This document shows positions 29,001 to 39,257 of a DNA stretch of 64,000 bases, in pieces. The stretch comes from a candidate division FCPU426 bacterium (GTDB lineage Bacteria; Oederibacteriota; PGYV01; Palsa-1178), in assembly GCA_963840035.1 (NCBI GenBank), contig CAWIXE010000001.1, positions 896,001-960,000 on the forward strand. The letters run 5' to 3'. The notes under the pieces were generated by a model. The model searched no databases. It was not told the DNA's origin and was given only the letters and a program-made list of their open reading frames with translations. The first letter of the stretch is position 1, and the number at the start of each line of letters is the position of its first letter. Both the position numbers and the translations under genes were made by a program.

Positions 29001-30632
29001 ATGACAAGAAAAATTATCTTAGTACTGTTCGTTTTGCTCTGGGCCTTCGGCCTTGCAGCCGACAACCTTACGCTTTTATACCACAAGTTTGAATACTCCA
29101 CCACCGACCTGTATGCCGTCATGCCCGAGGTTTTTGAGTGGCAGGTCAATTATATCAAAAAGAAGAACCTGGACATCATCAGGCTCAAGCAGATGACGGA
29201 TTTTTATGATAAAGGCACAGGCAGCATCGACAAAACCGCGCTTATCACTTTTGACGACGGATGGGAGAGCGAGATGAAAGTCCTGCCCATTCTTGAAAAA
29301 TACAGCGCGCCGGTCACTTACTACCTCTACAAGCTGGTCCTTAACAGGTCCAGCCACTACATGTCATACGCCGACATTGATGCCCTAAAAACAGCGGGGC
29401 TTGCCGACTTTGGTTGCCACAGTTATACCCACATACCCCTCATAAAAAAAGATGAAAAGACCCTGGAACATGAGGTTGTAGACGCGAAAGCCGCTGATGA
29501 GGGCGTGCTGAAGATGAAGCTGGATACGTTTGCCTATCCATACGGGATGTATGACCACGCCGCAAAAAATAAGGTTAAGGAAAACTTTAAAATCGCCTTC
29601 GGCGTCAATGACGGGTGGAACAAGGCAGGAACGGATAAATACAACCTGTGCAGGTGGGTGATATACAAGTCCACGGGTTTCGGGGAGTTCATGTCCTATG
29701 TCAATTACGCGGCCGGCGAAAAAGACAGGGGCTATAAGTCGCACTTCATCGGGACCGGGCGCGATGATGAGGGCCATTTTGACAGGATACAGTTCAAGGT
29801 ATATAAGTTCCCGGAGGAAGATATGGCAAAAACAGCGCTGATAATTCCGTCGTCCGGCGCGGGTCCGGCATGGGCACATAAGCTCATAAAGAACCTCAAC
29901 GCGTCAGGTTTTGAGTGCCACCTCGTCTCCGGCAGGAATAATTACATACCTTTTTACAGGCCTGATGAAGTCATGAAGGTTGTTAAAGACTGGGGGCTTG
30001 AAGAGGCCATAAGGGACTTAAAGGAAGTTCTTGACTATAAAGGGCTTGAAAACAGAAAAGCTGTTGTTTTTGCCTGGGGCGACGGGTTTGATACGCTCAT
30101 GGCGCTGCTCGGGACTTACCCGGAATACGCGGCTAAATTAAGCGGCATAATAGCGGTAAATCCTTCCCTGGAGGGCGGCAAGGCAAATCTGGAATACTAT
30201 AAAGGGGAGATTGATAATTATGAAGCCATGATAGCATCCGGCAAATACGAGGCGTCAAGCCTGGAATATTTTTTAAAGATTAAGACCCTCATGGATCTTT
30301 TTGTGGTAAAACCGGACGGGTTAAGCCCCTTCGGCAAAACAATGGGTTTCCCCGGGGCCACAAACAGCGCCCTGCTTGCGAAGTTCATAAACGCCGGCAA
30401 CCGTGCGGAACTGGGGATTGACCTGAAAAAGGAGGCCTCTCTGCTGAAAGACTTCAGGGAAGCCTGCGTCCAGCCCGCGCCGATGTTCGGCATGGTCATA
30501 CCTGCGGAATACATGCTTGATTTGAATAAGCTGTGGTACGGGGATTTTTACTCAAAAGATATGGGCGTGGTGCACGCCGGAAAAATAAAACTTCCGGCTG
30601 CTTTTCTTTTACTCGAAATTATATTCCGCTAA
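29001..30632 (+). CDS. secreted polysaccharide deacetylase (CE4) fused to an alpha/beta-hydrolase-like domain; probable frameshifted tail to 30780
   Basis: Signal peptide; LLYH, ITFDDG, HSYTH and FAYPYG motifs; second domain with VFAWGDG and GIIAVNP. Confidence 0.8.
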   Translation: MTRKIILVLFVLLWAFGLAADNLTLLYHKFEYSTTDLYAVMPEVFEWQVNYIKKKNLDIIRLKQMTDFYDKGTGSIDKTALITFDDGWESEMKVLPILEKYSAPVTYYLYKLVLNRSSHYMSYADIDALKTAGLADFGCHSYTHIPLIKKDEKTLEHEVVDAKAADEGVLKMKLDTFAYPYGMYDHAAKNKVKENFKIAFGVNDGWNKAGTDKYNLCRWVIYKSTGFGEFMSYVNYAAGEKDRGYKSHFIGTGRDDEGHFDRIQFKVYKFPEEDMAKTALIIPSSGAGPAWAHKLIKNLNASGFECHLVSGRNNYIPFYRPDEVMKVVKDWGLEEAIRDLKEVLDYKGLENRKAVVFAWGDGFDTLMALLGTYPEYAAKLSGIIAVNPSLEGGKANLEYYKGEIDNYEAMIASGKYEASSLEYFLKIKTLMDLFVVKPDGLSPFGKTMGFPGATNSALLAKFINAGNRAELGIDLKKEASLLKDFREACVQPAPMFGMVIPAEYMLDLNKLWYGDFYSKDMGVVHAGKIKLPAAFLLLEIIFR

Positions 30633-30797
30633 CGAAACCGCGGCTAAAGCTGCGTTTGCCTCGCTTAAAGTCACGGGGGAATACGCGTGGGACGACGAGT
30701 CAACCGTGGAAATACTATTTGATGACGGATTCATAAGCAGGGCAATACCCCAGGCAGGCCTTATGCATTCAGGGAAATAAGTGCGGCAGCCGCAGTA

Positions 30798-31649
30798 TTA
30801 GCTGCGGACAGTTGCGGATGACTTGTTATGCTTGTTCAAAAGGTTCAGCCAGTTTTTGAATGTTTTAAATAAAGAGTTTTTTGTCTCGATTATAGGCGGG
30901 CTGCTCAGTTTAACAGCGGCAGAAACCGCGCGGGCGGTTTTCGGGGCCAGCACTGCCACTGACATTTCACCGTCGGTATAATATAGGTCACCGTTTCCAT
31001 TCTTCCTGCTTATTGCCGGTCCTATCCCGGACACTTGATAATACTTTTCAACACGGCCGGATTTTATTAGCCCTTCCACGAGAGAATCCCTTTCAGTATC
31101 TATGTCCGGGGCGATGCAATGGGTGACCTCCCCGGTATAATGGCTGAACTCAAGCCCTTTGTCAAAGGTGGCGGCCCCCGCCCACAGGGGCGTTCCGTTT
31201 GATGTTTTTTTATCAGTCATCCAGAAACGCACATGGTGCCTTTTTCGCAGCCGCGGGTCTGTGACTATTTCAAAAGCAAAGTCTTCACGTTTTCCATAGA
31301 GGAACAGGTCAGATACGGGGGCTGAAAGGTATTTCCTTTTGAGCATGAGTCCCAGCGCTGTCTTAACGGAACTTTTAAGCGTTATGTTGTCGGCCTTTGA
31401 CCAGCCCGCGGATATCATGGAGTTTATAAGCGCTTCCTTATCCGCCGCTATCATGATATTTATGGGATCACCGTGTATACCGTAGCGGGTGTATGTTATC
31501 TTTTGTATGGCGGAGAGAGAGGGGTGATGTTCGTAATGCACCCAGAATTCGGGAAGGAGCAAGTAGGCAATGACAATGTAAATTATCAAAAACCCGAGTG
31601 CCGGGTATATGATGAGCCTGTCCATGGCTGAATTGATTTTTGTTTTCAT
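30798..31649 (-). CDS. LssY C-terminal domain-like protein
   Basis: GDPINI, AGWSKAD, YLSAPVSDLFLYG, RHHVRFW, WAGAATFD, THCIAPDIDTERD and YYTDG motifs. Confidence 0.8.
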   Translation of the reverse strand: MKTKINSAMDRLIIYPALGFLIIYIVIAYLLLPEFWVHYEHHPSLSAIQKITYTRYGIHGDPINIMIAADKEALINSMISAGWSKADNITLKSSVKTALGLMLKRKYLSAPVSDLFLYGKREDFAFEIVTDPRLRKRHHVRFWMTDKKTSNGTPLWAGAATFDKGLEFSHYTGEVTHCIAPDIDTERDSLVEGLIKSGRVEKYYQVSGIGPAISRKNGNGDLYYTDGEMSVAVLAPKTARAVSAAVKLSSPPIIETKNSLFKTFKNWLNLLNKHNKSSATVRS

Positions 31650-31760
31650 GGTAAAATTTTATTATTATTCCGGGTGTAAGTCAAGGCAGTATTCAGGATT
31701 GCATCTAAAGGGTTGAAATAAGAGACAGAGCAGGCTCTGTCTGTATAAAAAAAATGGCCT

Positions 31761-32622
31761 TGTAGAGCCGCCGCTTGCTGCGGCTCAGGGCAGGTGTTAG
31801 ACGGGCACGAGGCCCGTCTCTACGAGTTTTGGGAGATTTGTGAATCGCCCCTGCGTGGCAATAAATATTTACAACCACTGTAGAGACGCCCCTGGTGGGC
31901 GTCTCAGGGCAGGTGTTAGACGGGGACGAGCCCCGTCTCTACGAGTTTTGGGAGATTTGTGAATCGCCCCTGCGTGGCAATAAATATTTACAACCACTGT
32001 AGAGACGCCCCTTGTGGGCGTCTCAGGGCAGGTGTTAGACGGGCACGAGGCCCGTCTCTACGAGTTTTGGGAGATTTGTGAATCGCCCCTGCGTGGCAAT
32101 AAATATTTACAACCACTGTAGAGACGCCCCTGGTGGGCGTCTCAGGGCAGGTGTTAGACGGGGACGAGCCCCGTCTCTACGAGTTTTGGGAGATTTGTGA
32201 ATCGCCCCTGCGTGGCAATAAATATTTACAACCACTGTAGAGACGCCCCTTGTGGGCGTCTCAGGGCAGGTGTTAGACGGGGACGAGCCCCGTCTCTACG
32301 AGTTTTGGGCGATTCGTGAATTGTCCTAACGGGGCTGTAAATATTTACAACCACTGTAGAGACGCCCCTGGTGGGCGTCTCAGGGCAGGTGTTAGACGGG
32401 CACGAGGCCCGTCTCTACGAGTTTTGGGAGATTTGTGAATCGCCCCTGCGTGGCAATAAATATTTACAACCACTGTAGAGACGCCCCTTGTGGGCGTCTC
32501 AGGGCAGGTGTTAGACGGGGACGAGCCCCGTCTCTACGAGTTTTGGGCGATTCGTGAATTGTCCTAACGGGGCTGTAAATATTTACAACCACTGTAGAGA
32601 CGCCCCTGGTGGGCGTCTCAGG
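31761..32622. repeat. tandem array of 119-bp units (7 full + 1 partial) built from GTAG-type REP hairpins (BIME-like)
   Basis: Unit starts at 31761, 31879, 31998, 32117, 32236, 32355, 32474 and 32593; three hairpins per unit. Confidence 0.97.
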
Positions 32623-32726
32623 TCAGGACCCTGAAGGTGTCATATATGGACGTTGTTTATTATTTACCATTCCCAGTATTTGTTGTAATATATCCCCGTT
32701 ATCAAATTATACCTGGAGGTTCATTT

Positions 32727-34274
32727 ATGAAAAAAGTCCTTTTAATTATCCGTGACGGCTGGGGCATAGGCCCTGATTCCGCTTACAATGCCGTGAAGAA
32801 CGCAAACAAGCCGCGCACTGACGCGATGCTTAAAAAATACCCTTCCAGCGTCCTTGAAGCGTCGGGATTATCCGTCGGAGTTCCCGCGGGATATATGGGA
32901 AGCTCGGAAGTCGGGCATCTTAACATGGGGGCGGCCCGCATAGTAAAGCAGGAAGTCGTGCGCATTAACGAAGCCATCGAGGCCGGCACGGTATTCGGTA
33001 ATCCCAACATGAAGCGGGCTTTTGACGCGGCGAAAAAAAGCGGAGCGCTGCATGTGATGGGGCTGGTACAGGATGAGGGAGTACACGCGCACCAGGAACA
33101 TATGTATGCCATTGTAAAGGAAGCGGCGGCGCAGAAGATTGCCAATGTATACATCCACTTCTTCGCTGACGGCCGCGACACATACCCAAAAAGCGCCCTT
33201 ACCTATCTGGACGCGCTTGAGGCAAAATTCAAGGAATACGGGCTGGGCACTGTCGGGACATTGATGGGCAGGTATTATGCCATGGACCGCGGCAAGAACT
33301 GGGACCTTATTGATAAGGCTTATAACTGCATGACAAAGTGCGAGGGCAAAAAAGCCGCCACCGCGCGTGAAGCCATAGAGGAAAGCTATAAGAATGACAA
33401 GCTCTCAAACGGCGATGAAATGACTGACGAGTACATACCGCCCACGGTAATCGGGAATTTCCCGGGCATAAAGGACGGCGACGGCGTCATACACACCAAT
33501 TACCGCCAGGACCGCGCCATACAGCTCACAAACATTTTTGTCGATGACGTTTACCCGGGCAAACGCTGGAAGAAGCTCGACATAGCTTACTGCGGGCTTA
33601 CCCGGTATTATGACGCGTTCAAGTTTAACGTGCTCCCGCCGCTTGATGAGGGCGGCGACATGGTGAACTTAGTCGGCGAAGAAGTCTCAAAAAAAGGCAT
33701 GAAGCAGCTGCGCATAACAGAGACGCAGAAGTTCAAGCACGTCACATCATTCTTTAACGGCAAGATGCTCGAGCCATACAAGGGCGAGGACCGCATTGAG
33801 TTAAAGGGCCGTTTCGACCCGGCATCATTCGCGGAACACCCTGAGATGGAAGCTTACCTGGTTGCTGACCGCGCCGTTGAGGAAATAAAGTCAAACAAAT
33901 ATGATTTCATCACAATAAACTTCGCCAACTGCGACATGGTGGGACATACAGGCTCATACGAAGCCGCGCGAAAAGCCGTGGAAGTTGTGGATGAATGCAC
34001 GGGTAAAGTAACGGACGCCGCATTAGCCGCAGGCTATGTGACTTTGATTACCGCTGATCATGGCAACGCCGAAGAAATGGCTGACGCGGCTACAGGCGCC
34101 GCTAAGACGGCGCATACCACTTATCCGGTGGAGTTTATTTACGCCGGAGCCGACGCGGATAAGGTAAAGCTGCGTAAAAAAGGGGTTCTTGCCGACATCG
34201 GAGCGACGGTCCTGGACCTGCTGGAAATACCCAAACCTAAAGAAGCCACGGCAGAGAGCCTTATATTAAAATAG
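32727..34274 (+). CDS. gpmI: 2,3-BPG-independent phosphoglycerate mutase
   Basis: DGWG, SEVGH, DGRD, GRYYAMDR, NFANCDMVGHTG and TADHGNAE motifs; GGAGG before ATG 32727. Confidence 0.97.
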   Translation: MKKVLLIIRDGWGIGPDSAYNAVKNANKPRTDAMLKKYPSSVLEASGLSVGVPAGYMGSSEVGHLNMGAARIVKQEVVRINEAIEAGTVFGNPNMKRAFDAAKKSGALHVMGLVQDEGVHAHQEHMYAIVKEAAAQKIANVYIHFFADGRDTYPKSALTYLDALEAKFKEYGLGTVGTLMGRYYAMDRGKNWDLIDKAYNCMTKCEGKKAATAREAIEESYKNDKLSNGDEMTDEYIPPTVIGNFPGIKDGDGVIHTNYRQDRAIQLTNIFVDDVYPGKRWKKLDIAYCGLTRYYDAFKFNVLPPLDEGGDMVNLVGEEVSKKGMKQLRITETQKFKHVTSFFNGKMLEPYKGEDRIELKGRFDPASFAEHPEMEAYLVADRAVEEIKSNKYDFITINFANCDMVGHTGSYEAARKAVEVVDECTGKVTDAALAAGYVTLITADHGNAEEMADAATGAAKTAHTTYPVEFIYAGADADKVKLRKKGVLADIGATVLDLLEIPKPKEATAESLILK

Positions 34275-35503
34275 ATGAGACATATTATTGATACGCGAAA
34301 AATAGCCCTGGTATTAGTGCTTGTCCTTGTTTGCGCGGGTTTTGTCCGCGCAGCCCCGGGCATACAGGACATAAACCGGTTTGCCTTTGAACTGTATTCA
34401 AACAGCGGTACGGCAGACAGGAATATTCTCATCTCCCCGTACGCTGTTTTTTCCGCCATGGCTATGGTGTCAGAGGGCGCAAGGGGAAAGACCTCGGATG
34501 AGATAATGGCAGCGCTCCATTTTCCGGCAGCCGCAGGCGACTTAAGGCAAAACCTTTCCTTCCTGCGCGATATCATGACAAAAAAAGAGAGGCAGTTCGA
34601 ATTTACCAGCGCCAGCGCGCTGTGGGCAAGCGATCTCTACAGCCTGCATAATGATTTTATTTCAAGGCTGAAACAGGATTATTTTGGCAACGTAAACAGC
34701 CTTGATTTTTCCGGCAATTCCGAGAATTCCCGCACTGCCATGAAATTCATGGTTTGAGTCAGCCACGGGAAGGCGCGCAAAACAGCCCGCGTCAGAAGGG
34801 CTGCTGGGCACAAGGACAAAGATGGTCTTAACCAGCGCCGCATGCTTAAAAACCGACTGGAAATATAAATTCAGTTTAAAGGATACAAAGACGGAGTATT
34901 TTTCAGGCCCTGCCGGAAAGGCGACGGCTGTGGAAATGATGCACGCGAAAATGAACGCTCTGCTGGATGAGGAATACTGGCCCGGCACAAGCGTGCTTGA
35001 AATGGAACTGGCGGGGAACGCCCTTTCCATGGTGGTCTTTTTGCCGGTGGACGGCGATATTGCAGGGCTGGAAAAACTGCTTACCCCCGAGAATATGGCG
35101 TCCTGGAAGGAATCACTCGAGCAGACCCATCATAAAGCCGAAGCGGTTGATGTAAGTCTCCCAAAATTCAGGATAGATTCCAGAAAACTGCTTGGCGGCA
35201 GCCTCTCACAGCTGGGCATGCCTTCGGTATTTACCGACGCTGATATGTCGGGAATGTCAGGAAACGAAAGGGCTGCTTATTTCACAGGCCATACATCAGG
35301 CTTATCTTGACGTAAATGAGGAAGGAACCGAGGACGCGCAGGTTAAGGCGTCATCGTTCATAGCGTTCAGGAACATGACCATGAGCATAGGAAAACCCGC
35401 GGTATTCAGGGCGGACAGGCCTTTTATTTTTATGATAAGGGAAAACACATCGGGTGTGATACTATTTATAGGGAAGTTTGTCAACCCTGAGGAAGCAGCG
35501 TAA
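34275..35503 (+). pseudogene. secreted serpin split by two +1 frameshifts
   Basis: NILISPY..AMVSEGARGKT / VSLPKFRI..LGM / DVNEEGTE..FRADRPFIFMIRE..ILFIGK spread over three frames. Extra A near 34744 and near 35263. Confidence 0.88.
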
Positions 35504-35518
35504 GATCGAAATGATTAT

Positions 35519-35602
35519 TTCCTTCTCCCCTTGGGAGAAGGTCAGGATGAGGGGTAATAATGCCTTGTGTTGTTCCCATCACCCCTACCCCTCTCCCAAA
35601 GG
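35519..35602. repeat. CCCTCTCC-family palindromic repeat doublet (degenerate)
   Basis: CCTTCTCCCCTTGGGAGAAGG-TCAGGATGAGGGG ... CATCACCCCTACCCCTCTCCC. Confidence 0.7.
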
Positions 35603-35663
35603 ACGGACCGCTGGATTTACGGAAGATTGTCTGATATAATTGTAAAAAACATACGGGGGATTA

Positions 35664-36413
35664 ATGCACACACTCATACTTCTGCGCCACGGCGAATCCA
35701 CATGGAATAAAGAAAACCGCTTTACGGGCTGGACTGACGTGGACCTTTCTGAAAAGGGGCTGCTCGAGGCGCGTAAAGCAGGGGAATACCTAAAAAAAGC
35801 AGGCATGAGATTTGACGTGGCTTTCACCTCGCGCTTAAAGCGCGCTGTCATTACGCTTAACATTGTCCAGGAAGTGATGGACTTATTATGGGTCCCGGTT
35901 GTCCGCGCGTGGGAACTAAATGAAAGGCACTACGGAGCGCTGCAGGGGCTCAATAAATCCGAGATGGCTTTAAAATACGGCGAGGCGCAGGTAAAGATAT
36001 GGCGCAGGAGTTATGACGTACGTCCCCCCGCTCTTGAGTTAAATGACGGGAGACACCCATCAAAGGAAGAAAAATACAGGGATTTAACACCGGCGCAGCT
36101 GCCTTCGTGCGAGTGCCTGAAGGATACAGTCCTGAGGGCGGTCCCATATTATGAAAAGATGATAGTGCCGTGTCTGAAGGCCGGACAGACCGTTATGATA
36201 GCCGCGCACGGCAATTCGCTCAGGGCGCTGGTAAAATACCTGGACAATGTGGCGGAGGATGTAATTACGGAGCTGAATATCCCCACCGGATTACCGCTTA
36301 TTTATGAGCTTGGGGATGATCTTAAAGTTGAAAAAAGTTATTACCTGGGTGATCCTGAAGAGGTAAAAAAGGCGATGGAAGCGGTCGCCAACCAGGGGAA
36401 GGCAAAAAAATAG
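35664..36413 (+). CDS. gpmA: 2,3-BPG-dependent phosphoglycerate mutase
   Basis: [37 protein letters not shown] and LNIPTG motifs. Confidence 0.98.
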   Translation: MHTLILLRHGESTWNKENRFTGWTDVDLSEKGLLEARKAGEYLKKAGMRFDVAFTSRLKRAVITLNIVQEVMDLLWVPVVRAWELNERHYGALQGLNKSEMALKYGEAQVKIWRRSYDVRPPALELNDGRHPSKEEKYRDLTPAQLPSCECLKDTVLRAVPYYEKMIVPCLKAGQTVMIAAHGNSLRALVKYLDNVAEDVITELNIPTGLPLIYELGDDLKVEKSYYLGDPEEVKKAMEAVANQGKAKK

Positions 36414-36484
36414 ATATTTACAATTTTTAATTTACGATTTACAATTGAGTCGCGATATAAAATTTCTATTAATTGGAGGAGGAA

Positions 36485-37030
36485 ATGAAAATGCACCTAT
36501 GGTCACTGTTCTTCGGAGTGTTTTTTGTCCTGATCGGAATTAACATCATTCTTAAAACGTTCTTTCACTTTGACATTCCGTTCTTTAGGATTGCTTTTGC
36601 TTTGCTCGTAATAGCAGTCGGTGTTTCCATCATGTTCCCGGGTACTTTTGGGAAGTGCTGCCCGCCAAATTCTGTAATTGACGAAAAGACAACGATGTTT
36701 GGAGAGCAGAATATCGGAGGCGACAAAATACCGGGCGAGCACAGCGTTGTATTTGGTTCGCTTAACCTTGATTTGACAAAGGTTGATATCAGCAAGGAAA
36801 CAGTTAAGGTAAAAGTAGACGCGGTTTTTGCCGGAGCTGAAATAAGAATTGACGCCACTAAACCTGTCCGTATCGTCGGAAGTTCGGCATTCGGAGGAAT
36901 AGTAATGCCTAATGGCAACACGGCGGCATTCGGGACGTCCATATACCAGTCAGATTCATATAAAGAAGGCCAGCCTTACCTGAACATAGATGTTAACGCT
37001 GTGTTCGGAGGGGTGGAGATTAAGAGATAA
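36485..37030 (+). CDS. LiaF-like membrane protein (DUF2154-type repeats)
   Basis: Two N-terminal TM helices; VFGSLNLDL, AVFAGAEI and AVFGGVEI repeats. Confidence 0.75.
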   Translation: MKMHLWSLFFGVFFVLIGINIILKTFFHFDIPFFRIAFALLVIAVGVSIMFPGTFGKCCPPNSVIDEKTTMFGEQNIGGDKIPGEHSVVFGSLNLDLTKVDISKETVKVKVDAVFAGAEIRIDATKPVRIVGSSAFGGIVMPNGNTAAFGTSIYQSDSYKEGQPYLNIDVNAVFGGVEIKR

Positions 37031-37066
37031 TTTCTAATTACAAATTACTAATTACTAATAGTTGTG

Positions 37067-37089
37067 GGGCGGCGAAAGCCGCCCTTTTT
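37067..37089 (+). terminator. intrinsic terminator
   Basis: GGGCGGC-GAAA-GCCGCCC-TTTTT. Confidence 0.85.
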
Positions 37090-37310
37090 ATTAATATGTG
37101 ATTTGGGACACAGTTATCATTATGGGAACGGGTATCTTAATGGCGAAATCAGGGGTGTTTTAAGAATGGGCCTTATTTATAAAGCGTTTTTTGGAATTGG
37201 ATTTTTTTATGCGGTTTCGTTTAAACTTGACAACTTGCTTTTTCGTATTATATAATAGATTCAGCTGGATTTTATTCTCTCTACCTACTTGATTAAGGAG
37301 GAAATAACGA

Positions 37311-37637
37311 ATGGGAATGACTCAGGCAGAAGCTATCGCAGAAAGACTTAAAGGGGAAGCAAAAAGACTTTACGCAGGCGCACTTATCAGGGTTTCTCTG
37401 GATGCTTATCCGAATGATGACGGAGCCGATGTTTACATCTATGCCCCGAGGAAGTTTTCAGACATGCTGCTGACAAAATTGAAAGCAGCCAGGATTACTT
37501 TTCTTAAGCCGACGAAAGTAAACGGCGATAAACTAAGGATCTTCATGGAAGACTCAGAGAATATGTCACCTGAGCTTAAGGCGAGGCTCACGGCGGCTAA
37601 CGCGGCTCCGGCAGCACCACAGCCGCCACAGAAATAA
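37311..37637 (+). CDS. hypothetical protein
   Basis: AAGGAGG RBS; promoter TTGACA-18-TATAAT at 37227-37256. Confidence 0.75.
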   Translation: MGMTQAEAIAERLKGEAKRLYAGALIRVSLDAYPNDDGADVYIYAPRKFSDMLLTKLKAARITFLKPTKVNGDKLRIFMEDSENMSPELKARLTAANAAPAAPQPPQK

Positions 37638-37721
37638 ACCCGCAAAGGGGATAAAGCTTTGAATTTTGACTACGGGATAAGTGTCCCTGTATATTTTTAT
37701 TTTTATTGATATGAGGTATTG

Positions 37722-38645
37722 ATGAAAAGGCAGAAAAGAAAAAAGCATTTCACACTGATGGTTGTCCCCGATGACCACGGAAAAGTACTTTCCGTAAAAC
37801 TCGGGGCAAGGCTGTTTATATCCGTGCTTATCATATGGATAGCCAGCGTCGGCGTATCCGCGTATATCATAACAAGGCATGCGGATTACCGCGCCACAAA
37901 AGCGTATGACAAATATTTAACGCAAAAACACCAGGAGTTCGCTAAGGAAGTCCTGGAAGTCAGGGATTCGGTCAAACGGGTTTCGGAGATAGACAAACAG
38001 CTGCGTGACATGCTCCAGTTAAAAAGCCGCAACGCAATCATAAAATACACGGGCTTCGGCGGGCCGTCGTATATAGACACAAAACTCCTGGAAAAACACG
38101 TCAAGGAAAATGACGAGGTAATAAGCAGGCGCGCGTTTGAGATAGCGGTCCAGTACGTGCAGGACCAGGCAAAAAACAGCGAAGCTTCATTCCAGGACAT
38201 AGTAAGTTATATAACCGAGCAGAGGGCAAGGCTCACGGCAGTCCCTTCAGGATGGCCCATCAAGGGCTGGATTACGGCTTCATTCGGTTCCAGGATAGAC
38301 CCTTTTACGGGCTCGCTTTCATACCATGCCGGTGTCGACATAGCCAATGACATGGGCACGCCGGTTAAAACAACGGCCGACGGCGTCGTGGCTTTCGCGG
38401 AGTTTGACAGCGGCGGCTACGGAAACCTCGTGACAGTCAACCACGGAAACGGATACATGACAAAGTACGGCCACATGATAAAATATGTGGCGTCGCCCGG
38501 CCAGCATGTGAAAAAAGGCCAGGTAATAGGGTACGTCGGAAATACCGGACGCTCCACAGCACCGCACCTTCACTACGAGATAAAGCTGAACGGCGTGGCG
38601 GTTAATCCGGTTAAATACTTAAACAGAGAGATAGCGTTAAAATAA
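37722..38645 (+). CDS. M23 family metallopeptidase
   Basis: N-terminal TM and coiled coil; HAGVD, GYGNLV, YGHM and GRSTAPHLHYE motifs. Confidence 0.95.
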   Translation: MKRQKRKKHFTLMVVPDDHGKVLSVKLGARLFISVLIIWIASVGVSAYIITRHADYRATKAYDKYLTQKHQEFAKEVLEVRDSVKRVSEIDKQLRDMLQLKSRNAIIKYTGFGGPSYIDTKLLEKHVKENDEVISRRAFEIAVQYVQDQAKNSEASFQDIVSYITEQRARLTAVPSGWPIKGWITASFGSRIDPFTGSLSYHAGVDIANDMGTPVKTTADGVVAFAEFDSGGYGNLVTVNHGNGYMTKYGHMIKYVASPGQHVKKGQVIGYVGNTGRSTAPHLHYEIKLNGVAVNPVKYLNREIALK

Positions 38646-38704
38646 ATTTTCAATTTTAAATTTTCTATTTTCGATTAAAATCAAAAACATGTTAAGGAGA
38701 TATA

Positions 38705-39061
38705 ATGATATCCGCAGGGCTTGAGACTATCATAGGGAAGAGCTGTGAAACAAAAGGCGGCATATCGTCAAAGGGCGGCATCAGGGTTGACGGCCGCGTG
38801 GAAGGCGATGTCATATCGGAAGACTCGGTTATCATAGGCGAGAGCGCTGTTGTCAAAGGCGACGTTAAAGGCACGCACGTTGTCATAGGCGGCAAGGTAA
38901 GCGGAGATGTGATAGCCACCGTAAAACTCGAAATACTTCATACCGGAAAACTATACGGGGACATTAAAACCCCGAAACTCGCGATATCCGAAGGCGTGGT
39001 TTTTGAAGGCACGTGCGAGATGGAAAAGGACTATCAGGAAGCGCTGCCTTTAAAAAAATAG
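38705..39061 (+). CDS. bactofilin (CcmA / polymer-forming cytoskeletal protein)
   Basis: IRVDGRVEGDV, IIGESAVVKGDV and GVVFEGTCEM motifs; follows the M23 gene, a known pairing. Confidence 0.93.
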   Translation: MISAGLETIIGKSCETKGGISSKGGIRVDGRVEGDVISEDSVIIGESAVVKGDVKGTHVVIGGKVSGDVIATVKLEILHTGKLYGDIKTPKLAISEGVVFEGTCEMEKDYQEALPLKK

Positions 39062-39072
39062 CAGGGAAAGTT

Positions 39073-39178
39073 TGACCCAGGTCCCATGACCCAAAACCCA
39101 AGTCATAAAACCCAACTTTCAAAAACAGCAAAAGTTTCTTTCGTATTAACTTGGGTCATGAGTCCTGGGTCTTGTGAC
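39073..39178. repeat. inverted clusters of 7-bp repeats (GACCCAA/GACTCAT type)
   Basis: GACCCAGGTCCCATGACCCAAAACCCAAG ... CTTGGGTCATGAGTCCTGGGTC; related to 41598-41728. Confidence 0.7.
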
Positions 39179-39257
39179 TGAAATACCGTCCGCTCTTGAT
39201 AAAACTCCTGCAATCATATATACTATTGTTACAAATTAAAAAATGGATGGTGAGTTA

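Noticed and set aside
31761..32622. CRISPR array
   Set aside because: The sequence between hairpins is repeated rather than unique, the period is 119 bp, and no cas genes are present. It fits a REP/BIME-like tandem array.
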